From the NCBI GenBank assembly GCA_048940645.1, contig JBHLOI010000058.1:1-21325 (forward strand): 21,325 nucleotides of DNA, read 5' to 3'. Source of the DNA: Promethearchaeota archaeon (GTDB lineage: Archaea > Asgardarchaeota > Lokiarchaeia > Sigyniarchaeales > SOKP01). The notes beneath the pieces were generated by a model. That model did not search any database and was not told the origin of the DNA. It saw only the letters and a list, made by a program, of their open reading frames with translations. The translations under genes were made by a program, and so were the position numbers. Shown here piece by piece: positions 9,455 to 17,412 of this stretch (the first letter of the stretch is position 1; each line of letters begins with the position of its first letter).

Positions 9455-10147
9455 CTATAAGAGGTTAGGAATTGAAACTCCAAATCCCCATAATGCTATT
9501 CCTTGAGCAAAACAAAATATCATAATAACGAATGCTATGGGGGGCCATGATAATATTTTCGAAATCCATTGCAAAATACTAATATAAAACTTAGCTGTAA
9601 GTGCCACTATTGCAGTAACTATAATAAAAACAATTATCAATAGCAATTTTGGATTAATCCACTCACCAATCGGTTCCCATGCTCCTTCAGGTATAAGTGA
9701 AGCAAGTATAAAAGTAGATGCTGCTCCTGCTAATAACCCTAATATACTTGCTATAGGCAAATCATTAATAGGCTTGAAGAACATTGCTATACCTATAACA
9801 ATTAAAAAGATACAAGTAAAATGATTAGCTTCATATCCAGTTACAGCTGCATATCTAAAACTAGGAGGTACATTTCGAATCAAACCCCAAGCTCCTGCCC
9901 AGACATCCAGAAGGCCCACAACACATCCAAGAAAAGAAAATATCTTTAAGAATGTTGTCACACCAAATGTTTTCCCTTCCTCTAGTTTTCTCTTAGTGAA
10001 AGAGCCTCTACGTTTCCATTCATAGAGGAAAGTGCATAGAGCAATAAAGCCAGTAATCAGAATCATAATCCCACTCGATTGACCTACCCAATCAAAGAAG
10101 TTTTGTAAATATGTCCAATAATCTCCTTGAAGTATCAATATACTCAC
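9455..10147 (-). CDS. Hypothetical multi-pass membrane protein (about 6-7 TM)
   Basis: 230-aa ORF with repeated hydrophobic segments; no recognisable motif. Confidence 0.7.
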   Translation of the reverse strand: MSILILQGDYWTYLQNFFDWVGQSSGIMILITGFIALCTFLYEWKRRGSFTKRKLEEGKTFGVTTFLKIFSFLGCVVGLLDVWAGAWGLIRNVPPSFRYAAVTGYEANHFTCIFLIVIGIAMFFKPINDLPIASILGLLAGAASTFILASLIPEGAWEPIGEWINPKLLLIIVFIIVTAIVALTAKFYISILQWISKILSWPPIAFVIMIFCFAQGIALWGFGVSIPNLL

Positions 10148-10246
10148 ATTTTAAGTTAATTTTTTTAAATATTAGATCGTGCATCATTTTAAATACTTAT
10201 ACATTGCACTAAAAAATTTTAAATTTCTCTACCCTATCATTTTTTT

Positions 10247-11542
10247 ATGGAATTTATTGATAATTTAAAAAAGTTAGGTTTAAAAGAAAATCGGAAATAT
10301 TTAATTCTCGTTATTTGGCTTTTAATTGATATTACTCTCATTCAGATCCCAATCCAGATTAATATTCAAATAGGTGCGATTGAAGTTGAATTATGGGATC
10401 TCATTGGAGTTGTAATATTTTTACCTTATCTAACGTTTTTAATGTTTTTGTTTCTATTATCAATAGTTTTTAAAAAAGACATAAAGGAAGTGTCTTCGTG
10501 GAAGATAGTTATTATCTTTTTGTTAACATTGCCACTCATGTTTTTTATTTCAGTAATTTTAGTGGCAATATTTGCGTTTTCAGTATTTAGTTACATTTTT
10601 TTTTCCTCTTGGTTTATTCTCTATGGAGCTTATTTGATTGCAAGAAATATAGATGAGCGATTAAAAAGACATGATTATCGAAAAATAACACGAAGTTTAA
10701 CTTTTTCTGGAGGTGTATTATTCTCATTATTTTTATTAGTGATTATGTTTGTGCCCGCTCTCGGAATATTAGATATAATATATACTTTCATTCCTGAACT
10801 ATCCACTTATCCCATAATAATATTGGGCGTAAGAATACTTTTTATCATAGTTGGTGTAATTCTTGTCACCTTTGCGTTTTTAACCCTTGTCGGCTTAACA
10901 AGAAAGACATTTAATGCATGGATTGGAATATTTGCAATTTTAGTGGTTATTTATACATACTATTTAGTTGTAAAGGTGTTTATCGCTTTAAAAAGCGTTG
11001 GAGGCGGCGGCTCATCCTCACCTGTTACCCAAATCTTAATGATACTTATTGATATATTCATCATTTTATATTCAATCAGTACTCTAATGGGATCTCAAGC
11101 AGAACTGCTGGGTAAACGGGTTTTCAAAAAATCAATGCGTATTGGTATTGATACTATATTATTATGGTTAGTCTTTTCGAAAGTGGCTTACGAATTTGTA
11201 CACTACTTTCCATATGATTGGCTTCAGGGTTTGCCATATATTGACTTTATTACGATATTAAATGAATCAATTATAAACTTATTACGAAACATTGGAATAT
11301 TAATCTTTTTCATTGCCGTTTTAGTGATTTTGGGTTTATACGAAATTAGGAAATATAATATCAACGAAAAAAAATTTATGGTACATGTTGAAAAGCAAAT
11401 TAGGGAAAATTTAAGTCTAAAAGGAGAGATGGAATATTTCACCGAATTATCTGAAAAAAAGTATAGTGAAATTGATAAGGAGGAGGAACAAAGTAGAGAA
11501 GAAACAACTGAAGAACAAGATATTGAGAAAGATTTTTCTTAA
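10247..11542 (+). CDS. Hypothetical multi-pass membrane protein (about 10-11 TM) with acidic C-terminal tail
   Basis: 431-aa hydrophobic ORF with a GGGGSSS loop and Glu-rich tail; divergent from the previous gene. Confidence 0.75.
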   Translation: MEFIDNLKKLGLKENRKYLILVIWLLIDITLIQIPIQINIQIGAIEVELWDLIGVVIFLPYLTFLMFLFLLSIVFKKDIKEVSSWKIVIIFLLTLPLMFFISVILVAIFAFSVFSYIFFSSWFILYGAYLIARNIDERLKRHDYRKITRSLTFSGGVLFSLFLLVIMFVPALGILDIIYTFIPELSTYPIIILGVRILFIIVGVILVTFAFLTLVGLTRKTFNAWIGIFAILVVIYTYYLVVKVFIALKSVGGGGSSSPVTQILMILIDIFIILYSISTLMGSQAELLGKRVFKKSMRIGIDTILLWLVFSKVAYEFVHYFPYDWLQGLPYIDFITILNESIINLLRNIGILIFFIAVLVILGLYEIRKYNINEKKFMVHVEKQIRENLSLKGEMEYFTELSEKKYSEIDKEEEQSREETTEEQDIEKDFS

Positions 11543-11661
11543 TTTTTTATTTTAGTTATAACTAGAAATTAGAAATCCATAAGAGATTAATACTTTAATA
11601 ATTACTTTTATTAACGAATTTTTCAGAAAATGTAATATTTATATCCAAGTTAGTGTATCAA

Positions 11662-12186
11662 ATGAGTAAAATGGAGAATCTTATAGGTAAAGAATTATTT
11701 TTAGAAAAATTTGAAAAATTGTCGTTAAAAGTAGAACAACTCACAGAAGAAATTACCAAACTGAAAAATAAATTAGATAAATCAAATCTAGTTAATAGAT
11801 CATTTGGTTTAAAATCGATTAGAACTTCAGAACCTTTGAGTTTTGCCAAGGATGTTCATGGGATTGGAAGTCCGACAAAAAGGTATATTCTATCCATTAG
11901 AGCTATCACAGAAATGTGGAAAGGCCGTAAAAATGATATTTTATTTGTAATCCGTCAACAAGAAAAGGAAACTCATATGGATCTTAAAGCATTAGGGATA
12001 AGAATACCCATAGATGATACTCAGAATTTCGAAGTTTTAGCAAAACAAGTATTATCACTTTTATATATTTCATGTGAATTAAAAAATATTGAAATTAGTG
12101 AAATATTAAGGGATATTTTCTCGCAAGTAAACAGAGAGGGTGCCAAATTAGTACAAGAAATTAAGCAAAAAATGGTTTTGCATTAA
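11662..12186 (+). CDS. Hypothetical protein: N-terminal coiled coil plus possible PC4/YdbC-like nucleic-acid-binding domain
   Basis: ATG at 11662 preferred over GTG at 11653. The coil is FEKLSLKVEQLTEEITKLKNKL, followed by a beta-rich segment ...EMWKGRK...FVIRQ...KALGIRIP. The gene is well supported; the fold call is tentative. Confidence 0.6.
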   Translation: MSKMENLIGKELFLEKFEKLSLKVEQLTEEITKLKNKLDKSNLVNRSFGLKSIRTSEPLSFAKDVHGIGSPTKRYILSIRAITEMWKGRKNDILFVIRQQEKETHMDLKALGIRIPIDDTQNFEVLAKQVLSLLYISCELKNIEISEILRDIFSQVNREGAKLVQEIKQKMVLH

Positions 12187-12228
12187 AGATTGATAATACC
12201 TCTGTATCTTTGACTATATCATCTATTA

Positions 12229-12250
12229 TCGTGAAATATAGGTTTCACGA
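12229..12250. promoter_or_regulatory. Perfect 8-bp inverted repeat (operator or hairpin) upstream of the LuxE-like gene
   Basis: TCGTGAAA-TATAGG-TTTCACGA, followed by T-runs and TATA-like sequence; GAGGT RBS-like site before ATG 12325. Confidence 0.5.
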
Positions 12251-12324
12251 AATGTAAAGTTTTTTTAATTTATAACAAAAGTTTTTAAATTGGTTCAAAT
12301 AAATTATAGATTGAGGTTATCATT

Positions 12325-13509
12325 ATGGCATCTCAAATAATATTTAATGACTTAAGGAATGAAGTTGAGGCAACTTCTAATGACTGCAAGTTATATAAAC
12401 AAATCTGTGAAGAAACAGAATATGATTTAGATCAAACGATTAAAGAATCAAATTTGGATGAAATTCCTTATGTCAACTGGAATTACTTTAAAGAATCTAA
12501 TGGAAAATTTCCCGAATTATTACGGATACCTTATAACAAATTAGCATATTGGACATTAAGTTCGTCTACAACTGGGGATCCAAGCTTAATAGGGAGGGAT
12601 GCTGAGGATATTGAAGTATTCAAAAATAATTACAAAAAAGTGTTTGAAGAATTTTCAAACATGCAAACTATTAAACGTCTCATTTTATTTGCTCCATCAC
12701 TTGCATTTATGAATAAAATGCCAGGAGAGTGGCATGGAAAGCGTGGTTTTCTTTTTTATAGAGATATTACTGATATTTGGAAAAATTATGATATAGATTA
12801 TTTATTGAAATTTAAACTTGTGAAAACTATCTCCTACATAATGAGCCATTTTAAGAAAAAAGTATTTATTGAACTTGATGGTAAATTGATGGAAAGAAGT
12901 CTTAAAGAGATAGAGCACAAACAAATTCCTGCATTAGTTGCAAATTCTGCTCCCTTAATGTTTCAAAATTTCAAAGATTATTATAAGAAACATAAACAAG
13001 GTTTTAGCATGCCTGAAACCTTCAGAGTTCAGCTAGGTGGTGGAGGATGGGATGGCATAAAAGGTAGAGTAAAACTCGGGTATAAAATAAACAAAGCAGA
13101 GTTTATGGAAACCATTTCGGATTTTTTTAACATCCCGTATGATAATATTGTTGATAATTATGGTGCAACCGAAATTCCTATTGCTTGTGGGGGCCATTGG
13201 AGTAAAAAGTATGAGGATTTTCTTTTTCATCTTGATAAAAATGAAGCTCATATAATTATCCGCGAGATTGGTAGTCTTGAAAGAATTAAAAAAACAAATG
13301 AACCTGGTATAATAGAAGTATTGACCCCTTATGGTGTGAAATCTTACGCTGGAGTTGCAGTCATGCTTGATGATATAGTTGAAGTAGTAGATTTTAATAA
13401 GTGTACTGAATGCGGTAGAGAAGGAACAGTATTTAGAATAACGGGAAGAATGACTCCTGATATTGGAAAAGGATGTAGTTCTTTCACGAATTTGTACCCT
13501 TTTAAATAA
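12325..13509 (+). CDS. LuxE/PaaK-like acyl-protein synthetase (ANL adenylating superfamily)
   Basis: LSSSTTGDPS (P-loop-like), GGGGW, DNYGATE, and C-terminal GR...KGCS carrying the LuxE-type Cys. Confidence 0.75.
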   Translation: MASQIIFNDLRNEVEATSNDCKLYKQICEETEYDLDQTIKESNLDEIPYVNWNYFKESNGKFPELLRIPYNKLAYWTLSSSTTGDPSLIGRDAEDIEVFKNNYKKVFEEFSNMQTIKRLILFAPSLAFMNKMPGEWHGKRGFLFYRDITDIWKNYDIDYLLKFKLVKTISYIMSHFKKKVFIELDGKLMERSLKEIEHKQIPALVANSAPLMFQNFKDYYKKHKQGFSMPETFRVQLGGGGWDGIKGRVKLGYKINKAEFMETISDFFNIPYDNIVDNYGATEIPIACGGHWSKKYEDFLFHLDKNEAHIIIREIGSLERIKKTNEPGIIEVLTPYGVKSYAGVAVMLDDIVEVVDFNKCTECGREGTVFRITGRMTPDIGKGCSSFTNLYPFK

Positions 13510-13528
13510 CTCTTTTAAATAACTCTTT
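13499..13528. repeat. 13-bp tandem duplication spanning the LuxE-like stop codon
   Basis: CTTTTAAATAACT CTTTTAAATAACT CTTT (2.3 units). Confidence 0.8.
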
Positions 13529-13647
13529 CGCAATCCAAAAATTTGTTGCTTTTTTGTTCATTAGAGATTGTTTATATATATTACGCTCATTTTTAATGAT
13601 TAATTTATAAATTTCATAATTATAAAAAACTTTTTGAGATGTACTAA

Positions 13648-14436
13648 ATGAGTTATGAAGACATTATTTATGAGAAGAAAGACAGAATTGCACGTATAAC
13701 GATAAATCGCCCTGAACGATATAATGCTTGTACACAACATACCGTCCATGAATTAATTGATGCCTTCAATCGATGTATGGATCCTGAAATTGGCATAGTG
13801 GTTTTCACGGGTGTTGGAGATAAAGCTTTTTGCACAGGTGGTGATCAAACAACCCGAGAAAAAGGAGGATATAAGGGCGAATATATGTTGCCATTGGAAG
13901 TAGGTTGGCAACATGTAACTCATCAAATTCGTACCCTTCCCAAACCCGTTATTGCTCGTATAAACGGTTATGCAATAGGAGGAGGACATGTATGGCATGT
14001 AGTTTCTGATCTAAGTATTGCAGCTGAACATGCCCAAATAGGACAAGCAGGACCACGAGTAGGATCTTTTGATCCCGGGTATGGAACTGGGGATCTAATG
14101 CGTGCTGTAGGTATAAAGCGTGCCAAAGAGATATGGTATCTATGCCGTCGTTATACAGCAAAACAAGCACTCGAGATGGGACTTGTAAACGCTGTTGTAC
14201 CATATGAAAAGTTAGATGAAGAAATCGACCTTTGGTGCCAAGAAATCTTAGAAAAGAGCCCAACTGCATTAAAGATGCTTAAATATGCCTTTTTGGCTGA
14301 GAGTGATGGAACCACTGGCATTACACAATTAGGTGTTGGTGGACTTTCGCTCTATTATGGTACGGATGAAGCTGTTGAGGGAAAAAATGCATTTTTAGAA
14401 AAACGCAAACCCGATTTTAATCAGTTTAGGAAGTAA
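13648..14436 (+). CDS. menB: MenB/BadI-family crotonase (1,4-dihydroxy-2-naphthoyl-CoA synthase-like or 2-ketocyclohexanecarboxyl-CoA hydrolase-like)
   Basis: ITINRPE, AFCTGGDQ, GGY, GYAIGGGH, QAGPRVGSFDPGYG, EIWYLCR, LYY, EKRKPDF. The family is clear; the exact function is not. Confidence 0.75.
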   Translation: MSYEDIIYEKKDRIARITINRPERYNACTQHTVHELIDAFNRCMDPEIGIVVFTGVGDKAFCTGGDQTTREKGGYKGEYMLPLEVGWQHVTHQIRTLPKPVIARINGYAIGGGHVWHVVSDLSIAAEHAQIGQAGPRVGSFDPGYGTGDLMRAVGIKRAKEIWYLCRRYTAKQALEMGLVNAVVPYEKLDEEIDLWCQEILEKSPTALKMLKYAFLAESDGTTGITQLGVGGLSLYYGTDEAVEGKNAFLEKRKPDFNQFRK

Positions 14437-14518
14437 TGGTATTAAGTTACCTATTAAAAATAAATATGCTATTGGATATTTGTTTTAATAAATTAATTCT
14501 TTTTTTTAAAATTTTGAC

Positions 14519-15433
14519 TTATTTTGTTGGTTTTAAAAAATCAGAATCAAAATATTCTGGATTTGGGTATGTATAAAAGCCCTTACCAGATTTTACGCCA
14601 AGCTCACCTTTTCTAATCTTATCCATAAGTGCTTTTGGTGGGTGATCTTTTGGATCTTTAGAATCATTATAATATACCATTTCAATATCATAGACTACGT
14701 CTAATCCCACTTTATCCATGAGTCCAAACGGACCTTCTTTAGACCCTGTAAACACCATCCATGCACGATCAACATCCTTAAAATTAACAAAACCATTCCC
14801 CCACATGTAAAGTGTTTCACGCTTGATTGCTCTCCAAACACGATTAAAACAAAATCCTAATAATTCTTTTTTAACAGTGAGAGGAATGAAATTTAAGGAA
14901 CGAACCCACTCAACTCCTTTTGAGAAGACTTCAGGTAAAGTACGAGTTCCCCCCATTACATCAGCAATATTTAATCCTTGGAGAGGAAAGTAGAAATGAA
15001 TATTAAGACAGTATTCAGGGCGTCCACTACTTAACTCTAATCTAGAAACGGGTATTGAAGAACTATTTGTTGCGATAATAGCTTTAGACATTGCATTTTC
15101 CCCGATTTTCTTAAATATTTCTCGTTTAAGTTCAATTTTCTCTGGTACAGCTTCAATAATTAACTGTGCGTCTTTGACAATTTCTTCTATAGTTCTTTTT
15201 TGGAGTATTTTTTTTTGACATTCATCCCACTTATCCCACGGAATTAAAGGGCGTAAATTTTTACTCTTTAATTCTGAGCGAATTCTCTTGAAATTTTGTT
15301 TTAATGCACCTTCAACTGAGTCATAAGTTTGGATCTTATACCCATTATATGCTGCTATCATTGAAATCTGTGTTCCTAATACACCAGTGCCTATAACAGC
15401 AACTTTTTCAATCGGATTTGAAGTTTTGGTCAT
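14519..15433 (-). CDS. 3-hydroxyacyl-CoA dehydrogenase family protein
   Basis: VIGTGVLG Rossmann motif, IIEAVPE, ATNSSS, HFYFP, GFCFNR, GPFGLMDKVGLD, GVKSGKGFY. Confidence 0.9.
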   Translation of the reverse strand: MTKTSNPIEKVAVIGTGVLGTQISMIAAYNGYKIQTYDSVEGALKQNFKRIRSELKSKNLRPLIPWDKWDECQKKILQKRTIEEIVKDAQLIIEAVPEKIELKREIFKKIGENAMSKAIIATNSSSIPVSRLELSSGRPEYCLNIHFYFPLQGLNIADVMGGTRTLPEVFSKGVEWVRSLNFIPLTVKKELLGFCFNRVWRAIKRETLYMWGNGFVNFKDVDRAWMVFTGSKEGPFGLMDKVGLDVVYDIEMVYYNDSKDPKDHPPKALMDKIRKGELGVKSGKGFYTYPNPEYFDSDFLKPTK

Positions 15434-15554
15434 ATTATTATATTATCAAGGAATAATATAAAATTAATACTTTATTTGTTAAAAAATATCGAATTGATGG
15501 AAGAATCCATGTGCTGAAAGAAAAAACACCTAAGTTGATAGAAATTTTACTAAC

Positions 15555-16697
15555 TTAATTTAATTCTTCTCGCGCTATGATTAAATTCTGAATTTCAGAA
15601 GTTCCTCCTCCAATTTGGAAGAATTTTGCATCTCTCATATATCTTTCAACAGGGTACGTGTCTGTATAACCATCACCCCCATGGATCTGAACTGCTTCTG
15701 ATGTAATTTCTACTGCAGTCTTGCTTGAGAAAGCTTTTGCCATTGAAGCTTCTTTTGTGATATCAATTTTCTTTTCTTTTAATGCTGCTGCACTATATGC
15801 TAATAGTCTCGCTGCTTGAAGTTTTGTAGCCATATCCGCAATTTTTATTCTTATTAGTTGAAAGGAAGAAATGGGTTTATTAAATTGAATTCTATTTTTA
15901 GCGTAACTTTTAGAATCTTCTAGAGCTGCGATAGAAATTCCATTACACTCGGAACTTAGAGTTAATCTCTCTACGTTGAAAGTATCCATTAAACTCTGAA
16001 AACCTATTCCTTCTTCTCCTATAAGATTTTCTTTAGGTACTTCCACATCATTTAATTGAATAATTCCATTATATATTCCATTAACTCCCATTAATTCATA
16101 GGGATTTTCAATAGTTAAGCCGGGTGTATCTTTTTCGACTATGAACACACTCATACCATTTCGGGGATTAATGTTAGGATTTGTAATACTCCAGACAAAA
16201 TAATAATCTGCGATTCCTGCGTTAGTGATAAATTTTTTTGAACCATTTAAAACATAGAAATCCCCTGTCTTTTTTGCGATTGTTTTAATTCCTGCTACGT
16301 TCGAGCCAGCCTCTTCTTCAGTTACACATATGCTACAAATTTTTTCTCCTCTTGCGATTTTTTTTAAGAATGTGTTTTTCTGTTCTTCATTACCGTGTTC
16401 ATTTAAAAGGTATCCATCTAAAATGCAGGGTGTACGAGTAACTGACACTGCTACGTTAAGTCTGGAAATATTTTCTGTAATTTGGCAGTGTCCAACCATG
16501 CCTAAATCTGTACCACCATATTTTTCAGGGATTAAAGGTCCAAAATACCCCTCATTTCCCAATTTTCGAATTAAAGGAAGTGGAACTTTCTTTTGGTTAT
16601 TTATATCATTTTTTAACGGTTCTAATTCTTTAATTAAAAAGTTTTTAAGGTTTTCTTGTAATCTGTAATGTTTTTCTGTAAAGAATATATTGTTCAT
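15555..16697 (-). CDS. Acyl-CoA dehydrogenase (IVD/LCAD-type catalytic arrangement)
   Basis: [20 protein letters not shown]-x-[19 protein letters not shown]. There is no MCAD-type Glu; the candidate catalytic Glu is in VERL. Confidence 0.93.
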   Translation of the reverse strand: MNNIFFTEKHYRLQENLKNFLIKELEPLKNDINNQKKVPLPLIRKLGNEGYFGPLIPEKYGGTDLGMVGHCQITENISRLNVAVSVTRTPCILDGYLLNEHGNEEQKNTFLKKIARGEKICSICVTEEEAGSNVAGIKTIAKKTGDFYVLNGSKKFITNAGIADYYFVWSITNPNINPRNGMSVFIVEKDTPGLTIENPYELMGVNGIYNGIIQLNDVEVPKENLIGEEGIGFQSLMDTFNVERLTLSSECNGISIAALEDSKSYAKNRIQFNKPISSFQLIRIKIADMATKLQAARLLAYSAAALKEKKIDITKEASMAKAFSSKTAVEITSEAVQIHGGDGYTDTYPVERYMRDAKFFQIGGGTSEIQNLIIAREELN

Positions 16698-16807
16698 GGA
16701 ATCATCTCTAATTATATAAACTTATTTAACTAATAATAAAGATTTTTTATAATTTTTGATTGTATAATTAATCAATAATTCATCAAAATATTTTATAAGT
16801 GATTAGG

Positions 16808-16978
16808 TTGGGTCAAGTCTTATGCGAAAATTGTGGTGATGAAGCTCCTGAGGGAATTCTTTATGAATGTATTGATTGTTTTAGCCCACTATGCGATAAC
16901 TGCGCAAATGTTTGTAAAAACTGTGGGGCTTATATCTGCGATGGATGTTATCATTATCATAAGAAAAAATGTTATTGA
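16808..16978 (+). CDS. 56-aa Cys-rich multi-zinc-finger mini-protein (missed by the ORF track)
   Basis: TTG at 16808 (alternative GTG at 16799): MGQVLCENCGDEAPEGILYECIDCFSPLCDNCANVCKNCGAYICDGCYHYHKKKCY*. Five CxxC plus HxxxC; the stop abuts the next ATG. Confidence 0.85.
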   Translation: MGQVLCENCGDEAPEGILYECIDCFSPLCDNCANVCKNCGAYICDGCYHYHKKKCY

Positions 16979-17389
16979 ATGAAGGGCTCTTATATCTTAG
17001 TAATACTGCTTGAAAGAGAAAAAATTATTAAAATCGGCTCACTTAGAAATCTCCTCTTTTCTAAGGGATTCTATCTTTATATAGGTTCTGCAATGGGAAA
17101 TACTGGGTCCTCTACATTGCTGAATCGAGTAAAAAGGCATTTTTTAAATAAAAGCGAAAAAAAGCTTCACTGGCATATAGATTATTTATTGGCAGATAAA
17201 AATTCTATTATAGTAAAATTATATCTCATTCCTTCAATCAAACCTTTAGAATGTATAATAGCTCGAGAATTCCTAGAGCAATGTGATAATTTCATTAAAG
17301 ATTTTGGATCATCAGACTGTAATTGCATTAGTCATTTATTCTATTTCCAAAATTTTAAAAATATAAATCCAAATCAGAATTGTTCTTAA
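16979..17389 (+). CDS. DUF123 / Uri-superfamily GIY-YIG endonuclease
   Basis: KGSYIL, GFYLYIGSA, RVKRH, HWHIDYL, FGSSDCNCISHLF. Confidence 0.88.
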   Translation: MKGSYILVILLEREKIIKIGSLRNLLFSKGFYLYIGSAMGNTGSSTLLNRVKRHFLNKSEKKLHWHIDYLLADKNSIIVKLYLIPSIKPLECIIAREFLEQCDNFIKDFGSSDCNCISHLFYFQNFKNINPNQNCS

Positions 17390-17412
17390 AAATACCATGA
17401 TAAAAAAATGCA

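Noticed and set aside
12325-13509. Bioluminescence (lux) operon
   Set aside because: No luxA/B/C/D in the window; LuxE-like proteins are widespread outside luminescence.
11224-16668. ORFs 11224-11442, 11658-11849, 13033-13533, 13753-13998, 13949-14269 and 16330-16668
   Set aside because: Antisense to longer or better-supported genes; no independent coding signal.
16976-17412. Selenoprotein call at the in-frame TGA
   Set aside because: The context is not a CxxU/UxxC motif, no SECIS-like hairpin is visible, and a normal ATG follows immediately.
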